From: Planctomycetota bacterium
GTDB taxonomy: Bacteria > Planctomycetota > UBA8108 > SXIK01
Direction of reading: 5' to 3'
DNA: 64,000 nt
NCBI GenBank assembly: GCA_965223845.1
Contig: CBDCXR010000004.1
Location: 4,032,001 to 4,096,000 of the forward strand
Shown here in pieces: positions 54,349 to 64,000 of this stretch. How positions within the stretch are numbered: the first letter of the stretch is position 1; the number at the start of each line of letters is the position of its first letter. Under the pieces are notes generated by a model that was given only the letters and a program-made list of their open reading frames with translations, had not been told where the DNA came from and searched no databases. The position numbers were made by a program, and so were the translations under genes.

Positions 54349-55104
54349 GTGACGCAACACGCGAACGAACGAGAGTCGCCGGACTGCCGGCGCGTCGTCG
54401 TCACTGGCGGAACGAGTGGAATCGGCCGCGCGATCGCGCTCGCGTTTGCGCGAAGCGGAGATCGAGTCGTCGTCACGGGGCGGACGGACGCGGAGGTCGA
54501 TCGGTTTCGCGCGTCGCGCAAAGGAGAGTCTCCGGCGATCGAAGCGGAGGCGGTCGACGTCACCGACGAGTCGCGCGTTGCCGAGCTGTTCGCGGCACAA
54601 CCCGGACTCGATGTTCTCGTCACTTGTGCGGGGATCATTCTGCGAGGCGGACGAGAACTCGAACCGGCACACTTCGAGCGGGTCATCGACGTCAACCTAA
54701 GCGGTACGCTGAGAGCCTGCCAGGCCGCGCGCCCGCTTCTCTGCGAGAGCCGTGGGACGGTGATCACGGTCGCGTCGATGCTCAGCTTCTTTGGAAGCGG
54801 TGCCGCACCGGCGTACAGCGCGAGCAAGGGCGGAGTCGTTCAGCTCACGAAATCGCTCGCGATCGCGTGGGCGAGTGATGGAATTCGCGTGAACGCGATC
54901 GCCCCGGGCTGGATCGACACCGCGCTCACGGCGCCTCTCGTCTCGGATCCGGAGAAGAGCGAAGAGCTCGTCGCGCGAACTCCGCTCGGGCGGTGGGGTC
55001 AGCCCGAGGACGTGGCGGGCGCTGCGCTCTTCCTCGCGTCCCCCGGAGCGTCGTTCGTCACCGGAGTGGTTCTACCGGTCGACGGGGGGTATTCCGTTCG
55101 ATAG
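54349..55104 (+). CDS. Short-chain dehydrogenase/reductase
   Basis: TGGTSGIG, YSASK, IRVNAIAPG, TPLGRWGQPED, VDGG. Confidence 0.93.
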   Translation: MTQHANERESPDCRRVVVTGGTSGIGRAIALAFARSGDRVVVTGRTDAEVDRFRASRKGESPAIEAEAVDVTDESRVAELFAAQPGLDVLVTCAGIILRGGRELEPAHFERVIDVNLSGTLRACQAARPLLCESRGTVITVASMLSFFGSGAAPAYSASKGGVVQLTKSLAIAWASDGIRVNAIAPGWIDTALTAPLVSDPEKSEELVARTPLGRWGQPEDVAGAALFLASPGASFVTGVVLPVDGGYSVR

Positions 55105-55351
55105 GGTGGCTGGAAGTTCCCGTTGTTCGAAACTCGTTGGATCCCGAACAGTCGCGGGCATACCGGCCGCCGTCGCGAACGACACGAGAGATGAAGAGCA
55201 CTGAGGAGCGGTCGTTCGGAATCGGCGGGAGGGGGTGGAGAGAGAGGGAGAGGGAGAGAGAGAGAATGAAGATGAAGAGTGTCGGGAACGGGAACGAGTA
55301 CCGTCGTTTTTGGCGGCTCGGCGCGCACGACAAAGTGGAACCACACGCTCG

Positions 55352-55840
55352 ATGAACCGCGACTCAACTCCCCAGAGCGCCGTGAGTGATCTCGTCACGA
55401 AGGCGATTCCTGACGACGAACGACTCTGGGTCCTGCAAGCGGACAACGTCTGGTTTCGCCCGCTCCTCCTCAATTGCGTCGGCGGAGAGTGGGTGAACCT
55501 ACTTCGCGTCCGTCGATCGGGTGTCCTCAGTCGCCACCGTCACCCCGCGCCGGTTCACGGCTACGTGATCAAGGGGCGCTGGCGCTACCTCGAGCACGAC
55601 TGGGAGGCGCGCGAGGGCGACTACGTCTTCGAGCCGCCGGGCGAGGTGCATACGCTCGTCGTCGACGATGACGTCGAAGAGATGATTACGCTCTTCCATG
55701 TCTGCGGTGCTCTCGTCTACTACGCCGAAGACGGCTCCCCCTGCGGTCATGACGACGTGCACACGAAGATCGAGATGTGCCGGCGTCACTTCGCGGACGT
55801 GGGACTCGGGTCGGATTTCGTCGAGCAGTTCGTGCGCTGA
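55352..55840 (+). CDS. Cupin, 2,4'-dihydroxyacetophenone dioxygenase family
   Basis: WFRPL, LSRHRHPAPVHGYVIKGRWRYLEHDW, FEPPGEVHTL. Confidence 0.85.
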   Translation: MNRDSTPQSAVSDLVTKAIPDDERLWVLQADNVWFRPLLLNCVGGEWVNLLRVRRSGVLSRHRHPAPVHGYVIKGRWRYLEHDWEAREGDYVFEPPGEVHTLVVDDDVEEMITLFHVCGALVYYAEDGSPCGHDDVHTKIEMCRRHFADVGLGSDFVEQFVR

Positions 55841-55966
55841 TCGGTCCGAGCGGACGATCCGTTTGTCCCCGAAACGCGCGCCGTGGTAAAAGGATGCGAC
55901 TCGCAAGCTCCCGAGCGCACCGCAGACTCGCGGCGGCGCTTCGAGAAGGATCGACGAGGCGCGCGC

Positions 55967-58333
55967 ATGATTCGAATCCAGATCCGCGGGGTGATCGCGG
56001 CGACTCTGTTCTGCTGCGTATCCCTTCAAGTTCTTGCGACGCCCGACGCTTCGCCGGCGAAGTCGGGCGTCACTCCCGAAGGTATCGCGTTCTTCGAGCG
56101 CAGAATCCGCCCCGTTCTCGTCGACGAGTGTCACCAGTGCCACAGCGCGAAGGCGAAACGACTCGAAGCCGGGCTCTACCTCGACTCGCGCGCCGGCATT
56201 CTACGCGGCGGGGATCAAGGCCCAGCAATCGCGCCGGGAAAGCCGGACGAAAGCTTGCTCGTCCGTGCGCTCGCGTACTTGAGCTCGGACCTCGAGATGC
56301 CGCCCGACGGAAAGCTCGACGACGATGTCGTTCGCGACTTCCGCACGTGGGTCGAGATCGGCGCACCGTGGCCCGATGAACGAACGCACGCGGCGGCGCC
56401 GCGAAGCGAAGCCTACGATTGGCAGCGCGCTCGCGATCACTGGGCGTTTCGGCCGATCGAAGATCCGCCCGCCCGGGCCGTGACGGCGAGCGATTGGCCT
56501 GCGAACGATCTCGACACGTTCATTCTCGCGCGGCTCGAATCCGCGGGGCTCCGGCCCTCTCCGCGGACCGACCGCCGCACACTTCTCCGGCGCGTCTACT
56601 TCGATCTCGTCGGCCTTCCCCCGCCGGGCGACGAGGTGACCGCGTTTCTCGGCGACGATCGAGACGACGCTCTCGCGCGCGTCGTCGATCGGCTGCTCGC
56701 ATCGCCCCACTACGGCGAGCGCTGGGCGCGGCACTGGCTCGATGTCGCCCGCTACTCCGACGGCTTCGGAAGCGGATTCGATGGCAAGGATCACCCGGCG
56801 GGATTTCGTTATCGCGATTGGGTGGTCGGTGCCCTCAATCGTGACCTTCCGTACGACCGATTCGTCGTCGAGCAGATCGCTGGGGATCTCGTGGGAGAGC
56901 CGGTGGCGACGGGCTTCCTCGTCCTCGGGCCGACCTACCAGTCCGACGGCGGAGACGCAGAGAGCCGGGCGAAGGCGGAGGCGGACACGCTCGAGGACAG
57001 GGTCGACACGACGCTCCGCGGCTTTCTCGGTCTCACCGTCGCCTGCGCGCGCTGCCACGATCACAAGTTCGATCCGATTCCGACCGCGGATTACTATTCG
57101 GTTGCGGCGGTGTTTCGAAACACGAAAACGACGGACCACCCGGCGGCGGCGCCCGCGGTCGTCGCGCGCTACGAAGACCATCAGAGTCGAATTCGCGAGT
57201 CCGACCAGACTCTGAAGACGCGCACGAAAGAGGCGAAGGAAAAGCACAAGGACGCGGTTCCGGACGACGTGAAACGGGAGCTCGACGAGCTTCGGCGAAA
57301 ACACGAAGAGCTCAAGAAATCCGCACCGCCGAAGTATCCGGTCGTCCACGGTGCCGCGGACAGCGGCGACAAAGACATGCATATCGCGCTCCGGGGCGAT
57401 CTGCGGAAGCGCGGCGAGCTCGTCCCGAGACGGTTCCTCCGAATTCTCACCGCCCGTGAGCGCGAAGAGTGGAAAACGGGCAGCGGCCGCTTGGAGCTCG
57501 GTCGCGCGATCGCCGATCCGAACAACCCGCTGACCGCGCGCGTCATCGCGAATCGCATCTGGATCCATCATTTCGGCCGCGGCATCGTCCGCAGCCCGAG
57601 CAACTTCGGAACCCTCGGCGAAACGCCGACTCACCCGCAGCTTCTCGACTGGCTCGCGTCGCGCCTCGTTGCGAGCGGCTGGTCCGTGAAGGAGCTCCAT
57701 CGGACGATTCTCCTCTCGGCGACATACGCGATGAGCAGCACCTACCGCGAGGAAGCGTTCGCCCTCGACGGCGACAACCGACTCCTCTGGCGCATGAATC
57801 CCCGGCGCCTCGAGGTCGAGGCCTGGCGCGACGCGGTGCTCGCCGCGACGGGCGAGCTCGAACGCTCGCTCTATGGAACGCCGACGCGCGATCTGCTCGG
57901 GAGCCCGCGACGGACGCTCTACACGGTGATCAGCCGAAACGGAGACCGCTTCGAATCGGATCGCTTCCTCCGGCTCTTCGACTTCCCGGCGGCACGCATC
58001 ACGAGTCCACAGCGCGTCATCAGCACGGTTCCGCAGCAGTATCTCTTTCTCCTCAACAGTCCGTTCATGTTCGCTCGCGCACAGAAGCTCGCCGAACGAA
58101 TCACGAGTGACGAAGCGAGTGACGAAGACCGCGTTCGGAAGGCATTCCGCATTCTGTTCGGACGGGAACCCGAACCCTCCGAGCTCGCTCTCGCGTTCGA
58201 GTTTATCGGCGGCGGCCACGCCGAGACGAATCGCGATGCTGAAGACGCGGTCGACCCCACCGACAACGCACGGCGCTGGTCGCAATACGCTCAGGTTTTG
58301 TTGAGCTCGCATGAATTCTGGCACGTAGAATGA
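55967..58333 (+). CDS. Planctomycete cytochrome c / DUF1549-DUF1553 (PSD1) protein
   Basis: FFERRIRPVL..CHQCH, HWAF, YGERWARHWLDVARY, CARCHDHKFDP, SGRLEL, NPLTARV, PTHPQLLDWLA. Confidence 0.93.
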   Translation: MIRIQIRGVIAATLFCCVSLQVLATPDASPAKSGVTPEGIAFFERRIRPVLVDECHQCHSAKAKRLEAGLYLDSRAGILRGGDQGPAIAPGKPDESLLVRALAYLSSDLEMPPDGKLDDDVVRDFRTWVEIGAPWPDERTHAAAPRSEAYDWQRARDHWAFRPIEDPPARAVTASDWPANDLDTFILARLESAGLRPSPRTDRRTLLRRVYFDLVGLPPPGDEVTAFLGDDRDDALARVVDRLLASPHYGERWARHWLDVARYSDGFGSGFDGKDHPAGFRYRDWVVGALNRDLPYDRFVVEQIAGDLVGEPVATGFLVLGPTYQSDGGDAESRAKAEADTLEDRVDTTLRGFLGLTVACARCHDHKFDPIPTADYYSVAAVFRNTKTTDHPAAAPAVVARYEDHQSRIRESDQTLKTRTKEAKEKHKDAVPDDVKRELDELRRKHEELKKSAPPKYPVVHGAADSGDKDMHIALRGDLRKRGELVPRRFLRILTAREREEWKTGSGRLELGRAIADPNNPLTARVIANRIWIHHFGRGIVRSPSNFGTLGETPTHPQLLDWLASRLVASGWSVKELHRTILLSATYAMSSTYREEAFALDGDNRLLWRMNPRRLEVEAWRDAVLAATGELERSLYGTPTRDLLGSPRRTLYTVISRNGDRFESDRFLRLFDFPAARITSPQRVISTVPQQYLFLLNSPFMFARAQKLAERITSDEASDEDRVRKAFRILFGREPEPSELALAFEFIGGGHAETNRDAEDAVDPTDNARRWSQYAQVLLSSHEFWHVE

Positions 58334-58369
58334 CCCCACCACTCGACGGACGAACGAGAGGAGATCCGG

Positions 58370-59818
58370 ATGAGCTTCGCTGCGCACGAAAGTAGGGCGC
58401 ACTACGTGCCGGGAACGATGTCGCGGCGCGAGATGCTCCGGCGAGCCGGCGCCGGTTTCGGCACGCTGGGACTCGCAGCGGCGCTTCACGAGGCGGGGTC
58501 CGCGGCACCGCCGGGAACCGCCGCCGGCACGGCCCTCTCTCCGCGCCAGCCACATTTCGCACCGCGAGCCAAGCGCGTCATCCAGCTCTTCATGCCGGGT
58601 GGCCCGTCGCAGGTCGACACCTTCGACTACAAGCCCGCGATCGCGAAGCACGCGGGGGAGCGACCCAAGCTCGTCGATCGGCGCTCACTCCGGAACACGA
58701 AGAACGGCCTCATGCCATCGCCGTTCGGCTTTCGCCGCTACGGCGAGTGCGGCAAGTGGGTAAGCGACATCTTCCCGCACGTCGGTGAGGTCGTCGACGA
58801 TCTGTGCTTCATTCATTCGATGCACACGGACATTCCCGAGCACGCCGGGGCGATCTTGATGATGAACCTCGGCAACATCCAACCGAACCGGCCGAGCCTC
58901 GGGTCTTGGCTCGTCTACGGTCTCGGCTCGGAGAGCGACGACCTCCCCGGATTCGTCGCGATGTCGCCGCGCGCCCAACCGCGAGGAAAGCTCGCGAATT
59001 GGGGGAATGCGTTCCTTCCGGGCGCCTACGCGGGCACATACGTCAACATCGCCGAGATGAAACCCGAAGCGGCACTCCGCCACCTCCGAAGCGCGAACCT
59101 TTCGACCGCGGAGCAGCGCCGCCAAGTCGATCTCCTCCGCCGCGTGAACGAGCTCACCCTCGCGCGCCGCGAGCAGGATCGTCAGCTCGAGGCGAACATC
59201 CAGGCGATGGAGCTCGCGTTTCGCATGCAGTTCGCCGTCCCGGACGTGTTCGACACCCAAAACGAATCGCCCGCCACGCTCGCGATGTACGGCGAGAGCG
59301 AGTTCGCGAAAGGCTGTCTCATCGCGCGGCGACTCGTCGAGCGTGGAGTGCGCATGGTTCAGCTCTCCCACTCGATCGATGGCTACGACATCGCCTGGGA
59401 CACGGGCCACGGCGACATCGAAGGTGGACACGCTCGCCTCGCGCACGCGTGCGATCAGGGAATCGCGGCGCTCATCAAAGATCTCAAGGCTCGAGGCCTC
59501 TTCGACGACACCCTCGTCGTCTGGGGAGGTGAGTTCGGGCGCGCGCCGACGTCAGAGGGCAAAAAGGGTCGCGATCACGATCACTACGGCTTCACGGTGT
59601 TCCTCGCCGGTGGCGGCGTGCGGGGCGGTTACTCCTACGGTGCGACCGACGAGTTCGGTCTCACCGCGGTCGAGAATCGCGTTCACGTGCACGACCTCCA
59701 CGCGACGATCCTCCACCTCATGGGGCTCGACCACGAGCGACTCACGTATCGCTACAGCGGGCGCGACTACCGCTTGACGGATGTGCACGGGCGGGTCGTT
59801 CGCGACGTTCTGGCGTAG
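58370..59818 (+). CDS. DUF1501 domain protein partnered with the PSD1 gene
   Basis: SRREML, HFAPRAKRVI.LFM.GGPSQVDTFDYKP, WGGEFGR, GRDH, HVHDLHATILHL, RLTDVHG. Confidence 0.93.
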   Translation: MSFAAHESRAHYVPGTMSRREMLRRAGAGFGTLGLAAALHEAGSAAPPGTAAGTALSPRQPHFAPRAKRVIQLFMPGGPSQVDTFDYKPAIAKHAGERPKLVDRRSLRNTKNGLMPSPFGFRRYGECGKWVSDIFPHVGEVVDDLCFIHSMHTDIPEHAGAILMMNLGNIQPNRPSLGSWLVYGLGSESDDLPGFVAMSPRAQPRGKLANWGNAFLPGAYAGTYVNIAEMKPEAALRHLRSANLSTAEQRRQVDLLRRVNELTLARREQDRQLEANIQAMELAFRMQFAVPDVFDTQNESPATLAMYGESEFAKGCLIARRLVERGVRMVQLSHSIDGYDIAWDTGHGDIEGGHARLAHACDQGIAALIKDLKARGLFDDTLVVWGGEFGRAPTSEGKKGRDHDHYGFTVFLAGGGVRGGYSYGATDEFGLTAVENRVHVHDLHATILHLMGLDHERLTYRYSGRDYRLTDVHGRVVRDVLA

Positions 59819-59890
59819 CCTCGCGCGCGGCTCGGTTTGCGGGGAAGAAGTATTCACCACGAAGGGCACGAACAACCAGAGGCACCCTCC

Positions 59891-60805
59891 ATGAAAGAAA
59901 AACCACAAGCCCCCCGAACGCTCTCTCGCCGACAAGCCCTCCTGCGTTCGGCCGGTGCGACGGCGCTCGGAGCCGCCGCGTGGACCCTCGGATCACCCGC
60001 CACGGCGGACGACAGCGAACCGGTCGCCCGAAAGGGTCGCGTGAAGCAGTCGCTCGTCAATTGGTGTTACCGCAAGTTCTGGCCGAAGCTCGACGATTTC
60101 TGCGGCGTCGCAAAGTCCCTCGGCTGCCAGAGTATCGAGCTCCTCCCGCCGAAGGATTGGCCGACGCTCAAGAAGCACGGCCTCACCTGCGCGATCGCCG
60201 GCTCACACGGATTCCGCACCGGGATGAACAACCGCGGCGAGTGGCCGATGGTCACGGAGAGTCTCCGCAAGTCGATCGATGCGAGCGCCGAGCACGGAGT
60301 TCGGAGCGTGATCACGTTTACGGGCTTCGCCAACGGAATCGATCGTGAGACCGGCATCAAGAACTGTGTCGAGGGCTTCAAAGAGATCGTCGGTTACGCA
60401 GAAGAGAAGAAAGTCACTCTCTGTCTCGAGGTGCTCAACAGTCGCGTCGACGAGCAGATGAAAGGTCACCCCGGGTACCAAGGAGATCACACCGACTACT
60501 GCATGGAGATCATCCGCAAAGTCGGCTCGCCGCGACTCAAGCTGCTCTTCGATATCTATCATGTGCAGATCATGGACGGCGACGTGATCGTCCGGCTCCG
60601 TGAATGTGGAGAGGCCGTCGGCCACGTGCACACCGCCGGGAATCCGGGCCGCCGCGAGCTCGACGACGAGCAAGAGATCAACTACAAACCGATCCTCGAG
60701 GCGCTCGTCGCGATGAAGTACGACGGCTTCGTCGGACAGGAATTCATCCCGACGCGCGATCCGTTCGAGGGATTGCGCGAGGCCGTCGCGGTCTGCGATG
60801 TCTAG
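59891..60805 (+). CDS. Hydroxypyruvate isomerase-like TIM-barrel protein (Tat signal)
   Basis: LSRRQAL; KGRVKQS, LCLEVLNS, LLFDIYHVQIMDGD, HVHTAGNPGR.E, GQEF. Confidence 0.88.
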   Translation: MKEKPQAPRTLSRRQALLRSAGATALGAAAWTLGSPATADDSEPVARKGRVKQSLVNWCYRKFWPKLDDFCGVAKSLGCQSIELLPPKDWPTLKKHGLTCAIAGSHGFRTGMNNRGEWPMVTESLRKSIDASAEHGVRSVITFTGFANGIDRETGIKNCVEGFKEIVGYAEEKKVTLCLEVLNSRVDEQMKGHPGYQGDHTDYCMEIIRKVGSPRLKLLFDIYHVQIMDGDVIVRLRECGEAVGHVHTAGNPGRRELDDEQEINYKPILEALVAMKYDGFVGQEFIPTRDPFEGLREAVAVCDV

Positions 60806-62798
60806 AGCGGGAATGATGCGGTGCTCGACGCTCGTTGCGCTCGTCGCCGGCCTCGTCGCGACCGCCGGTCCGCTCAGCGCGGAGAAGGACGACGCGGCAG
60901 ATTCGCTCGCAATCCTCGGCGAATCCGGCGCCGATGCCCTTCACTCTTTCCTGATGCGCACGATGCGCGAGCAGTACGACGCGCGCCGTGCAGCGCTCGC
61001 GCGCGCCGTACGCTCGCCGGCCGACGCGCTCGCGCGGCGCGATGCCCTGCTCGCAGAGTTTCGCGAGCTCCTCGGCCCGTTCCCACCGCGGACGCCGCTC
61101 CAGCCGCGCACCACGGGAACAATCGAGTGCGATGGCTATCGAATCGAGAAGATCATCTACGAAAGCCGTCCTGGTCACCGCGTTACCGCGAACCTGTACG
61201 TTCCGACCACCTCGCGCGGCCCCTTCCCCGGTGTCCTCGTCCCCTGCGGGCACAGCACGAACGGAAAAGCCGAGCGAGCGTACCAAAGTGCTTGCGTCCT
61301 CCTCGCGAAGAATGAGATCGTCGCTCTCATCTACGACCCGATCAGCCAAGGAGAACGCCACCAGCTCCTCGATTCTCCTCGTCACGGGACGACGACACAC
61401 TCGCTGCTCGGAATCGGTGCGCTCCTCGTCGGACTCAACACCGGCCACTACCGTACGTGGGATGGCATTCGGAGCCTCGACTACCTCGCGAGCCGCCCCG
61501 AGGTCGACTCGCGGCGACTCGGCTGCACGGGGAACTCGGGCGGCGGGACGATGACGACCTGGCTGATGGCGGTCGACCCTCGGATCGCCGCAGCGGCGCC
61601 CTCCTGTTTCATCACGTCGATCGAGCGTGTCTTCGCTACGCTCGGCTCCCAGGACTGCGAGCAACTCTTTCCCCGTCTCGGGTTGCTCGGGATCGAGCAC
61701 AGCGACTTTCTGATGATGCGCGCGCCGCGCCCGACGCTCATCTGCGCGGCGGAGCGAGACTTCTTCGACATCCGCGGGACGCGCGAGGGATTCGTCGAGG
61801 CGAAGGCGTTTTACGGGACACTCGGAAGCGCGGGCAACGTCGATCTCTTCACGTTCGACGACAATCATGGATTCAGTCGCCCCCGACGCCAAGCTGCCGT
61901 CGCTTGGATGCGGCGATGGCTCGCGGATGATCTGCGTCCGGTACACGAGCCGACGCTCGATCTCCAGTCGGACGAAGCGCTCCAGGTCACGGAGACCGGA
62001 CAAGTGGCCGAGCGCGAAAGCGAAGTCACCGTTCAGTCGCTCAACCTCGCTCGCGCAAGGGCACTCGCCGACGAACGACGTCGATTCCTCGCGCGACCGC
62101 TCGCCGAGATTCGCGCGCGGATTCGCTCGCTTCTCGGGATCACGCGAAAGGCGCGGCCGAAGACGGACATCACGGGGCAGGGTTCGATCGATCGCGACGG
62201 AATTCGAATGGAGAAGCGGCTCGTCGACACGGGCGAAGTCCCGCTCCCGCTCGTTCGCATCCGGTCGCGCGACCACGCGCCGAAGACGACCGTCGTGTAC
62301 GTCGACGATCGCGGATTCGCGTACGCTGCGCGTCCCGGAGGAGAAATCGAATCGCTCGCGCGCGAGGGCGCCGACGTCTTCGCCGTCGATCTTCGCGGGT
62401 ACGGGGAGACCCGTGATCGTGGGAGCCCGCCCAAATACCACAACCCGGAATTCCGCACGGCGATGCTCGCGATGCACATCGGTCGTCCACTCTTCGGTCA
62501 GCGCGTCGAGGATCTGCTCGACGTCGTCGACCACGTGACGCGGGAGCATCGTGCTGAAGGAACGGTTCTCCACGTGATCGGTGCAGGCCATGCGGGCGCG
62601 ATCGCACTCCACGCGGCCGTCCTCGACGAACGCATCGAGCGGGTCAGCGCGCGAGAGTCGATCTCGTCCTGGATCGACGACGTCGTCGCTCGACCTCTCG
62701 CCCCAAATCTCATGGGCACCGTCGTCCCGGGCGCACTCGAGTTCTACGACCTCCCGGACCTCGTCGAACTCCTCGGCGAACGCATGAGCGCGGATTGA
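60798..62798 (+). CDS. Acetylxylan-esterase-like double alpha/beta hydrolase
   Basis: YESRPGHRVTANLYVP, PCGHS.NGK, DPISQGER, GCTGNSGGG nucleophile; second domain VDLRGYGET...LEFYDLPDL. Confidence 0.85.
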   Translation: MSRAGMMRCSTLVALVAGLVATAGPLSAEKDDAADSLAILGESGADALHSFLMRTMREQYDARRAALARAVRSPADALARRDALLAEFRELLGPFPPRTPLQPRTTGTIECDGYRIEKIIYESRPGHRVTANLYVPTTSRGPFPGVLVPCGHSTNGKAERAYQSACVLLAKNEIVALIYDPISQGERHQLLDSPRHGTTTHSLLGIGALLVGLNTGHYRTWDGIRSLDYLASRPEVDSRRLGCTGNSGGGTMTTWLMAVDPRIAAAAPSCFITSIERVFATLGSQDCEQLFPRLGLLGIEHSDFLMMRAPRPTLICAAERDFFDIRGTREGFVEAKAFYGTLGSAGNVDLFTFDDNHGFSRPRRQAAVAWMRRWLADDLRPVHEPTLDLQSDEALQVTETGQVAERESEVTVQSLNLARARALADERRRFLARPLAEIRARIRSLLGITRKARPKTDITGQGSIDRDGIRMEKRLVDTGEVPLPLVRIRSRDHAPKTTVVYVDDRGFAYAARPGGEIESLAREGADVFAVDLRGYGETRDRGSPPKYHNPEFRTAMLAMHIGRPLFGQRVEDLLDVVDHVTREHRAEGTVLHVIGAGHAGAIALHAAVLDERIERVSARESISSWIDDVVARPLAPNLMGTVVPGALEFYDLPDLVELLGERMSAD

Positions 62799-62929
62799 TC
62801 GAGCTCGCCGCCCTCGGAAAAGGCCGTGCCCTCGCCGAGCACGGCGCATAAAATCGCCGTGCGCACCGCAGCGAGCGATTCCGGATCGCGGCGGTCTCGA
62901 TGCGCGTCCGTACCAGTAGGAGGCCAAAC

Positions 62930-64000
62930 ATGTCGCGTTCGAGCGTCCTGCTCTCGCTCTTCGTCGTCGCGGCAGTCGTTCCCGCCCGTGCGGTCGCGCA
63001 CGAGACGATCGACTTTCGGGAAATTCAACCGATCATCGTCAAAAACTGCGGCGGCTCCGGCTGTCACCTCGGACAAGAGACGAGCGGAGTCGAGCTCACT
63101 TCCTACGAGACGATGATGGCGAGCGTCGGTGCTCAGTACCGCGGTCCCATCATCATCGCCGGCGACGCCGACGCGAGTCCACTCATCGACAAGGTGAGCA
63201 ACAGCTCGCCTCAGCACGGCAGCCGGATGCCTCTCGGCGGAACTCGGCTCCGATCGAGCGAGATCGAAGAGCTGCGCGAATGGATCGATGCCGGGGCCCG
63301 CAGTCGACATTTTCGCCAGCGGGGTGATCTCGACGGCGACGACGCTCGGACGATCACCGATGCGTTCCGCATCATCAATTTTCTCTTCGGAACCGGAGAG
63401 GCTCCCGATTGCTTCCCCCCGTCGGACGTCAACTCCGACGGTGCGCTCAACATCGCCGACGTTCTTTTTCTCCTCAATTTTCTCTTCGGAAGCGGCGGTA
63501 CTCCCACCGAACTGACGAGCGAGGAGAACGAGGAGTGTGAAGATGCGACCGAGCTGTCGTACGACAGCATCTACGAGAAAGTGATTCAGACGTCGTGCGG
63601 GTTCAGCTCATGTCACGACGCCGAGCGCCCCAAGGGCGAACTCGATCTCTCGAGCGCGGATGCCGCGTTTGCGAGCCTCGTTGGAGTTGAGGCCGCGAAT
63701 GACGTCGCGCGAGACGCAGGCATGCTCCGCGTCGATCCCGGCCGGCCCGAAAACAGCTTCCTCCTCAAGAAGCTCACGGAGCCAGGCGAAGGCGAAGGGA
63801 ATCGAATGCCGGCGAACTCGCCGCTGCCGCTCCCCGAAACGACGCTCGCCGCGATCCGCGAGTGGATCCTCGCCGGCGCGCCGCGCGAAGGAACGATCGA
63901 AGGCGTTCCGGACATCCGGGACGACGCGCCTCCGCCCGTCGAGCGACTGTCTCAGCCACCCGTGCCCGAGAACGGCGTCCAGCTCCACCTCCCGCCCTAC
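62930..64000 (+). CDS. Secreted cytochrome c - dockerin - cytochrome c fusion (runs off the window)
   Basis: Not in the ORF track. AGGAGG then ATG 62930: MSRSSVLLSLFVVAAVVPARAVA; CGGSGCH...RMP...EWIDAGA; RGDLDGD...DVNSDGALNIAD (dockerin); CGFSSCH...RMP...EWILAGAP. Confidence 0.85.
   Translation, partial: MSRSSVLLSLFVVAAVVPARAVAHETIDFREIQPIIVKNCGGSGCHLGQETSGVELTSYETMMASVGAQYRGPIIIAGDADASPLIDKVSNSSPQHGSRMPLGGTRLRSSEIEELREWIDAGARSRHFRQRGDLDGDDARTITDAFRIINFLFGTGEAPDCFPPSDVNSDGALNIADVLFLLNFLFGSGGTPTELTSEENEECEDATELSYDSIYEKVIQTSCGFSSCHDAERPKGELDLSSADAAFASLVGVEAANDVARDAGMLRVDPGRPENSFLLKKLTEPGEGEGNRMPANSPLPLPETTLAAIREWILAGAPREGTIEGVPDIRDDAPPPVERLSQPPVPENGVQLHLPPY

Noticed and set aside
59852-59875. 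ATTCACCACGAAGGGCACGAA, reminiscent of short nonamer-periodic intergenic repeats
   Set aside because: Single short occurrence; cannot be supported within this window.
62841-62860. Sigma54-like box upstream of the cytochrome-dockerin gene
   Set aside because: GG-to-GC spacing is 11 rather than 10; it reads better as a small hairpin ACGGCG-N8-CGCCGT.

Overview
High-GC bacterial DNA, very likely Planctomycetota: three DUF1501 genes, a DUF1549/DUF1553 cytochrome protein, planctomycete-type dockerins, LTD-CotH proteins and a BlaI/M56 pair. About 37 real genes sit among many antisense shadow ORFs. Housekeeping or metabolic genes include ispG, pyrD, a PLP aminotransferase, a Gfo/Idh/MocA oxidoreductase, an SDR, a hyi-like gene and an amidohydrolase. 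No rRNA, tRNA or CRISPR array was seen. Most notable: (1) a 1579-aa Ser/Thr kinase-AAA-TPR-sigma54 activator divergent from a secreted dockerin-cohesin-dockerin protein, with a sigma54 -24/-12 box and two TGT-N12-ACA enhancer-like sites between them, plus a CX4CH cytochrome c-dockerin fusion at the right edge; (2) an accessory island (about 27.3-41 kb) with a signal-peptide-bearing RHS protein that has a degenerate cleavage motif and a 14-Cys tip, a BamE-like partner and an internally deleted RAYT-like HUH transposase, bracketed by two copies of a structured ~135-bp non-coding element; (3) a secreted Ala/Lys/Cys protein built from ~5.8 near-identical 282-bp repeats between two mutually homologous caps. 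All calls are from motif recognition by eye; no searches were run.
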